Origin: Candidatus Nealsonbacteria bacterium RIFCSPLOWO2_01_FULL_38_120
GTDB lineage: Bacteria > Patescibacteriota > Minisyncoccia > Minisyncoccales > GWA2-38-27
Length of the DNA stretch: 41,462 bases
Direction of reading: 5' to 3'
NCBI GenBank assembly: GCA_001821475.1
Contig: MHMF01000036.1
Location: 1-41,462, forward strand
Shown: positions 26,964-33,931 of the stretch, one piece after another
Layout of the letters: each line of letters opens with the position of its first letter
Position numbering within the stretch: position 1 is the stretch's first letter
Made by a program: the position numbers and the translations under genes
Notes under the pieces: generated by a model
The model's input: only the letters and a program-made list of their open reading frames with translations
Told to the model about the DNA's origin: nothing
Database searches by the model: none

Positions 26964-28043
26964 ATGAGTTTATCAATCGGGATAGTGGGACTGCCCAATG
27001 TGGGCAAGTCAACGCTTTTTCAGACAATAACGAAAAAGAAAGTAAGTATAGAAAATTATCCTTTTTGCACTATTGATCCTAATGTGGGCGTTGTTGCTGT
27101 GCCTGACGAAAGGGTTGATAAACTTGCCGAATTGGAAAAGTCGGCGAAAAAAATATACGCTACTATTGAATTTTTTGATATTGCCGGTTTGGTTAAGGGC
27201 GCCAGCAAGGGCGAGGGGCTGGGAAACAAATTTTTAACAAACATAAGGGAAACAGACGCTATTGTTTATGTGTTGCGCGCTTTTGCGAACGAGAATATAA
27301 TAAATACCCAGATAAGCTTGGATATTATCAGGGACAAAGAGATTTTAGAAACAGAGTTGATGTTAAAAGATATGGAAACAGTTAGCAAGCGGATTAGTGG
27401 CCTGGAAGGGGACGCCAAAACCGGAAAAAAAGAAGCCATAAAAGAGTTGGGAGCTCTAAAGAGAATGTCTGGATTCTTGGAGGCCGGGAAAAGTTTAGTT
27501 GAGCAAAATTTTAGCGAAGACGAGATAAAAACAATCCGTCAATATCAGTTGTTGACGATGAAGCCGCGATTGTATTTACTTAATGGCAAAGACGAAGAAG
27601 CTCCGGAAAATATAATAGGCCAGTTCCAAAAAAATAATTGGCCCTTTCTTATAATAGATGTTTTATCTGAATTTGAAGCGGCTGATTTCAAAAGAGAAGA
27701 CAGGATTTCTTTAGGATTAGTTCCTGATTCGGAATTAGATATTTTGATAAAAAAGGCCTACGATATATTGGGGCTGATAACTTTTTTCACAACAGGACGG
27801 GACGAGACAAGGGCTTGGACTATAAAAAATGGACAGAAAGCGCCTCAAGCTGGAGGAGTCATACACAGCGATTTTGAAAGCCATTTTATAAAAGCGGAAG
27901 TGATAAACTGGAAGGATCTGCTGTATGCTGGCGGCTATGGAGGGGCGAGGGAAAAGGGTTTGGTTCGCACAGAAGGAAAGGAATATTTAGTGAAAGATGG
28001 AGATGTAATTGAAATAAAGTCAACGATTTGTCATAAGAGATAA
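26964..28043 (+). CDS. ychF: redox-regulated ribosome-binding ATPase YchF
   Basis: GIVGLPNVGKSTLF, DIAGLVKGAS, and the C-terminal TGS-like block GGVIHSDFESHFIKAEV. Confidence 0.95.
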   Translation: MSLSIGIVGLPNVGKSTLFQTITKKKVSIENYPFCTIDPNVGVVAVPDERVDKLAELEKSAKKIYATIEFFDIAGLVKGASKGEGLGNKFLTNIRETDAIVYVLRAFANENIINTQISLDIIRDKEILETELMLKDMETVSKRISGLEGDAKTGKKEAIKELGALKRMSGFLEAGKSLVEQNFSEDEIKTIRQYQLLTMKPRLYLLNGKDEEAPENIIGQFQKNNWPFLIIDVLSEFEAADFKREDRISLGLVPDSELDILIKKAYDILGLITFFTTGRDETRAWTIKNGQKAPQAGGVIHSDFESHFIKAEVINWKDLLYAGGYGGAREKGLVRTEGKEYLVKDGDVIEIKSTICHKR

Positions 28044-28052
28044 CCTAAAATT

Positions 28053-28235
28053 ATGAGAGTAAAAAAAGAATTAAAAGAACCCAGCCAAAAAGTAAAAGAA
28101 ATTTTTGACAGAAGAATAAAAGGCGAGAAGATTGCTGAAATTGGCAAAGTTTTCGGCATTTCAAAACAGGCGATTTGGGATCATTTTCAAAGACGCGGTG
28201 GAGACCCTTTCCGCCCTATTGACCCAAACACTTGA
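28053..28235 (+). CDS. small HTH protein (60 aa)
   Basis: GEKIAEIGKVFGISKQAIWDHFQRRG looks like a sigma-r4/LuxR-type HTH. The start is 9 nt after the ychF stop. Confidence 0.45.
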   Translation: MRVKKELKEPSQKVKEIFDRRIKGEKIAEIGKVFGISKQAIWDHFQRRGGDPFRPIDPNT

Positions 28236-28435
28236 CAAATAATTTTAACGGATTTAATATTAAATTAGGATAGCTCTTATTAAATAATAAACATCATTTT
28301 TTAATTTGAATTTTTGCAATTAAAAACTGCGGGAAATATTACGGGGCTTTGCTCAACTTTCTCTGATTATAGCAACTCTTCCGAATAAATCTTAAAAAAT
28401 AGTTTCGTGTTTTTGAATGAATACGGTCTGAAAAC

Positions 28436-28505
28436 GGCCTCTTCGAAAAAACGAACATAAGAATAGTCGATTCTTTTGTGTTCGTTGCGAGGAGGCTGTT
28501 TTTTT
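28436..28505 (+). terminator. long imperfect hairpin with T-run
   Basis: GCCTC..ACGAACA-(AAGAAT-AGTCG-ATTCTT)-TGTTCGT..GAGGC followed by TGTTTTTTT. The 3' arm contains GAGGAGG, the only SD-like sequence for the following mini-ORF. Confidence 0.45.
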
Positions 28506-28598
28506 ATGGAAAAAAAAATAAAAGTTGAAATTGTTGCAACTGACGAAAAAATTGATTTGGTAGATTTTGTTGAAAAAATAATTGAAATAAAAAAATAA
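28506..28598 (+). CDS. possible 30-aa ORF (MEKKIKVEIVATDEKIDLVDFVEKIIEIKK)
   Basis: ATG lies 11 nt after GAGGAGG. Too short to judge. Confidence 0.25.
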   Translation: MEKKIKVEIVATDEKIDLVDFVEKIIEIKK

Positions 28599-28678
28599 AA
28601 AAATAAATTTGCGGTTTCGGTGAGGGAGGTGGCAAATTAAAACCTTTTCATCTCCTTCGCCGAAGTCAAAAGGTTTTT

Positions 28679-29245
28679 ATGGAAATTTTGCAAAGCGAAA
28701 TAGACGAATTGGAGGAAGAAGCTCTTTCTAAAAATAAATATTCCGATAACGAATTATTGGAAATTTTCCCGGAGGCAATTCCTTGCCTAAAAAGAAAATT
28801 GGGGTTTTTGAAAATGGAAGTAAAGGCGAGAGAATTTGAAGTTCTAAAATTATTATCCCGAATTTATAGCAGGACGCTTCAAAATAGTTTTGCCCAGTGG
28901 TTTTACTTGGAGGTGGTAAAAGTTTTGCGTTGCGAGGACATTGATGATTCAAAAAAAGAAATCTCCAAATTAAAATTCCTGCTTTTTCCTCCAAAAGAAA
29001 TCAAGGGAAAAATCACTCCTACTGAAATTCAAAGAGCGAAAGATAGAGATTTCCACGATTTATTGGAATTTAACAGACAGGGTTTTGCATTTTGCCCATT
29101 TCATCAAGAAAAAACCAAATCGTTCCATTTGTATAAAAATAAATGCAAATGTTTTGGGTGCGGGAAGTCCGTCGATACTATCCAATTTATCATGGAAACG
29201 AAAGGTCTAACATTTCCAGAAGCTGTAATGGAGTTAAGTAAATGA
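28679..29245 (+). CDS. protein with C-terminal DnaG-type CHC2 zinc finger (primase zinc-binding domain only)
   Basis: FCPFHQEKTKSFHLYKNKCKCFGCGKSVDTIQFIMETKGLTFPEAV is a zf-CHC2 block. No TOPRIM or AEP catalytic region is visible. Confidence 0.7.
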   Translation: MEILQSEIDELEEEALSKNKYSDNELLEIFPEAIPCLKRKLGFLKMEVKAREFEVLKLLSRIYSRTLQNSFAQWFYLEVVKVLRCEDIDDSKKEISKLKFLLFPPKEIKGKITPTEIQRAKDRDFHDLLEFNRQGFAFCPFHQEKTKSFHLYKNKCKCFGCGKSVDTIQFIMETKGLTFPEAVMELSK

Positions 29246-30660
29246 TAAATACTTTTGAAAAATTAGATTCAAAGATAAGTGCTGGAAAGGTTTTTACCCG
29301 GATTGGGCAAGCGGAAGCTTTTATCTCAAAACAACCGATTTATTATTCTCCGGAAGGATTATTATGGTTCTGGGATTTTGAAAGACATTGTTATGAATTA
29401 AAAGATGAAGTGGACTTATTAAACGGGATAAGAACCACTATGGGAATAGATACTATTGACGGCAAAACCCGAACAGAAATATTGTCAGCCCTTAAACAAG
29501 TTGGACGGCAACAATCGCCAAAACAAAAACCAAAGGGCTGGATACAATTTGAAGATGTGATTGTAAATCCTAAAACGCTTGATGTTGAAAAAGCAAATTG
29601 GAAATACTTTTTAACTAACCCAATTCCTCATAAAGTTGGTGAAATTGAAGAAACTCCGGAAATTGATAAATTATTGCGTGATTGGGCTGTTAAAGAGGGG
29701 GTTCAAGACGAAAGTTATATTCAAGGGCTTTATGAGTATATTGCCTACGCTTTGACAGACGACTTATTTATGCAAAGAATTATCGCTTTGACTGGGGGCG
29801 GAAGCAACGGCAAGGGGACTTATTTGAAGCTTGTAGAACAGTTGGTCGGTCGCAAGAATTGCGTTTCCATAGACATAAAAAAGTTGTCTCAAAATAATTT
29901 CGCGATGAGTTCTGTTTATAAAAAGTTGGTGGCATTTGCGGGAGAAGTTGGCTATTCGGATTTAGCGAACACTAATGTTCTTAAAAAACTAACCGGAGAG
30001 GATTTGGTGGAATACGAGTTCAAAGGAAAAAATTCTTTTTCCGATGATAGCATTACTACTTTCTTTATCGCTACGAATAGCTTGCCAACTACTCCGGATA
30101 AGTCGCTTGGGTTTTATAGGCGTTGGGCGATCACGGATTTTCCGAATATATTTGATATTCAGGCCGATGTTCTTTCAAAGGTTAAAGAAGTTGAATATGA
30201 AAATCTTTGCTTAAAGTGCGTCAACATTTTGAAGAGATTATATGAAACCCATAAATTTACTAATGAAGGGGATTATGGGGAAAGGGAACAAAAGTATGAA
30301 GAACGGAGCAATCCATTGCCGACATTTCTTGCGGAAACATGTGAAGAAATTGTAGGTAAAAACATTAAATTACAAGAATTTGGGAATAAATTTAATGCTT
30401 GGTTAAAAACGAAAAGATTGAGGCAGATGACTATTAGGCAAACTGGACAATTATTAAGAGGACTTGGATACGAAATTAACAAAAGAGGATTTCCAAATGA
30501 GCCTAATACTTCTGCTACTGCCATATTAAATATTGGGTGGAAAGAGAAAATTAAAGAACCCCAAAAAGGTCTGTTTTCAGAAGAAGAATATGAAGAGATG
30601 TCAAACGAGATAAGCTCAAAAACTACCGAAACTACCGAAACTACCGAGCTTCCAAGTTAA
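29242..30660 (+). CDS. D5 N-terminal-like / P4-family SF3 primase-helicase
   Basis: Walker A LTGGGSNGKGTYL. Downstream FAGEVG.. and ATNSLP blocks are typical of the phage/plasmid primase P4-family C-terminal domain. ATGA overlap with the upstream gene. TTETTETTE tail. Confidence 0.75.
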   Translation: MINTFEKLDSKISAGKVFTRIGQAEAFISKQPIYYSPEGLLWFWDFERHCYELKDEVDLLNGIRTTMGIDTIDGKTRTEILSALKQVGRQQSPKQKPKGWIQFEDVIVNPKTLDVEKANWKYFLTNPIPHKVGEIEETPEIDKLLRDWAVKEGVQDESYIQGLYEYIAYALTDDLFMQRIIALTGGGSNGKGTYLKLVEQLVGRKNCVSIDIKKLSQNNFAMSSVYKKLVAFAGEVGYSDLANTNVLKKLTGEDLVEYEFKGKNSFSDDSITTFFIATNSLPTTPDKSLGFYRRWAITDFPNIFDIQADVLSKVKEVEYENLCLKCVNILKRLYETHKFTNEGDYGEREQKYEERSNPLPTFLAETCEEIVGKNIKLQEFGNKFNAWLKTKRLRQMTIRQTGQLLRGLGYEINKRGFPNEPNTSATAILNIGWKEKIKEPQKGLFSEEEYEEMSNEISSKTTETTETTELPS

Positions 30661-30712
30661 TCTTTATAAAGCTCTGAACTGAACCTTCGGTAGTTCTGGT
30701 AGTTCTGGTAGC
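30622..30712. repeat. three tandem 9-mers and three inverted copies straddling the helicase stop codon
   Basis: ACTACCGAA ACTACCGAA ACTACCGAG (30622-30648) and TTCGGTAGT TCTGGTAGT TCTGGTAGC (30686-30712). Confidence 0.85.
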
Positions 30713-30815
30713 AAATAAGCTTAAAATAGTAAAAGGCAAAGATAACTATGCTTAACCAAAATAAAAATAAACTTTGATAGATATGTTTTTATTTATTCAA
30801 GGATAAAATAAAATT

Positions 30816-30971
30816 ATGCAAATTCAACAAAAATTGTTTGAAATTTCAAAAATCAGTAAAGTTTTACCCAAAAATCCCGAAGTATCAGATAGCAGGGAAG
30901 ATTTTATTTTTTGGTTGGCAAGTTTGAGCCCGGAGGATAGGCAGGATTTCAACTTTGTGTTCGGGGATTAA
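30816..30971 (+). CDS. small hypothetical protein (51 aa)
   Basis: ATG preceded by AAGGA. Reads MQIQQKLFEISKISKVLPKNPEVSDSREDFIFWLASLSPEDRQDFNFVFGD. Confidence 0.35.
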   Translation: MQIQQKLFEISKISKVLPKNPEVSDSREDFIFWLASLSPEDRQDFNFVFGD

Positions 30972-31044
30972 AGGTCGCGTAAAAAATTGGTAATCATTCG
31001 GGGGTGGGTTCGCTGATTAGCAATCCCTCCCCGAATTAAAAATT

Positions 31045-31116
31045 ATGGATTTATTTTATTCTTTCGCTTCAATGGTGTTCTTTATGGCAATTGGAGCGTT
31101 TATCTTTCGCCATTAG
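31045..31116 (+). CDS. possible 23-aa hydrophobic peptide
   Basis: MDLFYSFASMVFFMAIGAFIFRH, flanked by G-tract/C-tract hairpins. Very short. Confidence 0.2.
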   Translation: MDLFYSFASMVFFMAIGAFIFRH

Positions 31117-31184
31117 AAGCAGGGGAGGGTGGAGCTATTCTTCGCCCTCCCAAGAATTATAAATTAAGGAGGAATAAAAAAAAT

Positions 31185-31319
31185 ATGGAAAATAAAACTG
31201 ATGAAGAGATTAGTTCGATGAGGTTTGAGGTTTTGCTGGGAAATCTAAATTTATTGGAAAGTAAATTAGATAAATTGGAAGCTAAAATTGATTTGTTAAA
31301 GCCTAAAAAGGCTTCTTAA
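31185..31319 (+). CDS. small coiled-coil protein (44 aa)
   Basis: Strong RBS (TAAGGAGGAATAAAAAAAAT) ahead of the ATG. Reads MENKTDEEISSMRFEVLLGNLNLLESKLDKLEAKIDLLKPKKAS. Confidence 0.5.
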   Translation: MENKTDEEISSMRFEVLLGNLNLLESKLDKLEAKIDLLKPKKAS

Positions 31320-31468
31320 AGCGAAAAATAAGGGTCGTATAGCGACTACAACTTCCCATCGTGGGAACTTGATAGCGACTAAACAATCTACTCCCCCTAA
31401 TTTGAATGGGAATTAAGGGGAGTAGAATTAAATAAATAATCAGTAGTTTGTTTATAGGAGGAAAACTT

Positions 31469-31804
31469 ATGGAAAATATAGATATAAAAAAAGGTGGCAT
31501 TGAGGAAATGATTAAGGCATTCCGCGAAGACCATCAAAATGAGGAATTAAAGCAAAGGGTGGCGGCGAAGGGTTGGGGCAACGCAAGTGAGAGCGAGAGG
31601 AAAGAGATTTTATCAAAATTGGGGTATTCAGAACCTAACTATCCCAAAAATGTCGAGGACTTGGGTTCTTCGGAGGAAGCCATTAGGTCATTCGCGGAAA
31701 AGGGTCAAAAAATAGACAGAGGCGTAGAGGCAGAAAAGGTCAGAAAGGATTTTTTATTCGGCATTAAAGATGTTCCTGCGAAACAGGGAACGATTTTAAG
31801 ATGA
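31469..31804 (+). CDS. hypothetical protein (111 aa)
   Basis: ATG preceded by TAGGAGGAAAACTT. ATGA-coupled to the next gene. Confidence 0.6.
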   Translation: MENIDIKKGGIEEMIKAFREDHQNEELKQRVAAKGWGNASESERKEILSKLGYSEPNYPKNVEDLGSSEEAIRSFAEKGQKIDRGVEAEKVRKDFLFGIKDVPAKQGTILR

Positions 31805-32250
31805 AAATGCTCACACTAAAACAGAAATTGTTTGTTCAACGAACAGCTCAAAGCTTAAATCCTACTCAAAGTGCCAGAGAGGTTTATGATTGTTCTTCGG
31901 GCAGTGCAAAGGTGATCGCGTCGATAAACCTTCGAAAGCCCGCAGTGGCACTTGCTTTGAAAGAGAAACTTGAAATAAGCGGTTTTTCTGATGAAACAAT
32001 AGTTGAAAAGCTCAAAGAACTCATCACTGCCAACAGGATAACTGAATATAAGGGAGTAGCGAAGATGACTAACTTGCCAAATTACCCGGAGAGAAGGAAG
32101 ACGCTTGATATGGTGCTGAATTTAATGGGAGCATACCCGCCCTCACGGGCGGAAGTTAAGAGCGTCAAGGCGGAATTTAAAGGCAAGTTGAAAGAATTGA
32201 ACATAGAACAATTACAAGGGCTGTTAGGGAAGAAGTCCGATGATGAGTAG
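31801..32250 (+). CDS. terminase small subunit-like protein (Terminase_2-type HTH)
   Basis: LTLKQKLFVQRTAQSLNPTQSAREVYDCSSGSAKVIASINLRKPAVALALKEKLE follows the LTxKQxxFV..NxTQAA..Y....A...S.NLxKP pattern of small terminases. Confidence 0.6.
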   Translation: MKMLTLKQKLFVQRTAQSLNPTQSAREVYDCSSGSAKVIASINLRKPAVALALKEKLEISGFSDETIVEKLKELITANRITEYKGVAKMTNLPNYPERRKTLDMVLNLMGAYPPSRAEVKSVKAEFKGKLKELNIEQLQGLLGKKSDDE

Positions 32251-32300
32251 GGGGTGGGGTGGGCTTTCACTTTGTAGAATAGATAGATTTAACCCCCCTT

Positions 32301-32360
32301 ATACGCTCTTATAAAATTTCAATTTCAAAAACCTCCCATACGCTCTTATAAAATTCCAAT
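32301..32360 (+). repeat. two 23-bp direct repeats upstream of the large-ORF block
   Basis: ATACGCTCTTATAAAATTTCAAT (32301-32323) and ATACGCTCTTATAAAATTCCAAT (32338-32360). One mismatch, each preceded by a C-tract. Confidence 0.85.
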
Positions 32361-32406
32361 CCCAAAACCCTAAAAAATAATATAATAAAAAAGGAGTGAA
32401 CAAAAT

Positions 32407-33927
32407 ATGGCATTAGCAACCACAACTTCAATCGTAGATTATTTAAAATCGGAAGGAAAACCCTCTGACTACACTTATCGCAGTAAGCTTTACAAAGAAC
32501 TTGGTTTGGAAAGCAAATACGGAGGTTATGTCGGAGCGGGTCAACAAAATACCGGAATGATAAATCTTTTAAGTTCTCAAAAGAGCGTTGCAAATCAACC
32601 TGCTCCCGCAACGAATAGTCCTTCGCCACAGCAACAAACTATTCCCAACAAGGTTTATAAATACCAAGTGAACGGAGTTGATTATTTTCAAGTATTGCCG
32701 GGAACGAATACTCCGCGCGGTTCAACAGAAGTTGCTCCAGAACAAGCAATTACCGAATTGCAAAGTTTAATATCAAAAAATAATCAAACCTATATCCCAA
32801 ATACTACAAAACTTCAATTTCCTACTCTTTCAAGCGAATATCAGAAACGGATTGACGAAATAAAAGCGATGTCTCCGCAAAGCGATGTAATCTCTTCATA
32901 CCAAACTCCGTGGGGAGAAACACTAACAAATACAAAACAATCAACCATAGACGAAATACAAAAGAAGGAAGAAGCAGTGAAAGCGGGGACGATGAAAAGC
33001 TTGGGCAATGGGTTATATGTCCCGACAGGAAGTCCCGCCAGTATGGAGACGAGTATTTTGAACGGAAGTGAAGTGAATTCGTCTTATCAATACACCGCGC
33101 CAACAGCAAAAGATTTGCAGGGTATTATTGAAGAGTCAATCGGAACATCAGATTTATCTGAAATTATTGGCGATGTTTCGTCCGGGAATATCACAACTCC
33201 TGAACTGGAATTATCAAAAGAAGATAAAGACGCTCAACTGGCAAAGCTTAAGACAGATACCGCTTCTGCGTTGCAAACTCTTCAACAAAATCTTGCCAGT
33301 AGAGGAATGACTTTCTCAGGGGTGAGAACCGTGGCAGAGGAGAAATTGGCGGCAGATTCTTTAGCCGAAGAAGCCGGTATCAGCAGAGACTTTGCAGGCA
33401 AGATAATCAGCGCGGCGAGGCAAGAGCAAAGTAGGCGTGAGACCGCATTAAAATCAGCGGAAAATAATTACAATAAGGCTCTTGAAGCTCAAGGTTTCGT
33501 TTATAATCCGTTCACAGATACCATAAAAAAAACACTTTCAAGAGAACAATTTGAAGCTAATCAAAATCAGCCAGAAAAAGTTGATACGCAGATAGTAGAA
33601 ATCAATGGCAGAAAACTCTTAATCAATTCCCAGACAGGCGAAACAATTCAGGACTTAGGGAATATCACAATCAAGGACACAACATCTGGTTCAGATGACT
33701 TGGCGACTATTGAAAACAAATTATTGCAAAGCCGAAAAGGCGGAACTTATGTTGATGGTAATGTTTATCAAGAAACTAAACGAAACGCTAAAATGTCCCC
33801 CACAGAATTTGATCGCCGTTATTCTGATTTGTTAAGCCCGGGAGACCAAGTAAAATACGGATTAAAGTCGGGAACAAGTTCAACTGGCTCAACAAATAAC
33901 GCAGATAATCTCTTTGATACTCTCTAA
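32407..33927 (+). CDS. hypothetical S/T/Q/N-rich protein (506 aa), possible virion or cell-envelope-associated
   Basis: RBS AAAGGAG. The N-terminus SIVDYLKSEGKPSDYTYRSKLYKELGL..GAGQQNTGMINLL resembles a short module I recall from the ends of phage cell-wall hydrolases (unverified). The rest is low-complexity plus coiled coil. Confidence 0.6.
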   Translation: MALATTTSIVDYLKSEGKPSDYTYRSKLYKELGLESKYGGYVGAGQQNTGMINLLSSQKSVANQPAPATNSPSPQQQTIPNKVYKYQVNGVDYFQVLPGTNTPRGSTEVAPEQAITELQSLISKNNQTYIPNTTKLQFPTLSSEYQKRIDEIKAMSPQSDVISSYQTPWGETLTNTKQSTIDEIQKKEEAVKAGTMKSLGNGLYVPTGSPASMETSILNGSEVNSSYQYTAPTAKDLQGIIEESIGTSDLSEIIGDVSSGNITTPELELSKEDKDAQLAKLKTDTASALQTLQQNLASRGMTFSGVRTVAEEKLAADSLAEEAGISRDFAGKIISAARQEQSRRETALKSAENNYNKALEAQGFVYNPFTDTIKKTLSREQFEANQNQPEKVDTQIVEINGRKLLINSQTGETIQDLGNITIKDTTSGSDDLATIENKLLQSRKGGTYVDGNVYQETKRNAKMSPTEFDRRYSDLLSPGDQVKYGLKSGTSSTGSTNNADNLFDTL

Positions 33928-33931
33928 AAAT

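Noticed and set aside
28308-28345. TTTTGCAAT..AATATTAC on the left of the element resembling TTTTGCGATATTAC at 41241-41254, as candidate att core repeats.
   Set aside because: The match is short, interrupted and AT-rich, so chance similarity is likely. Serine integrase att cores are too small to call without an empty site or a junction read.
32309-32629. A 106-aa minus-strand ORF.
   Set aside because: It spans the intergenic 23-bp direct repeats and runs antisense into the start of the 506-aa gene. It has no RBS and a poor composition.
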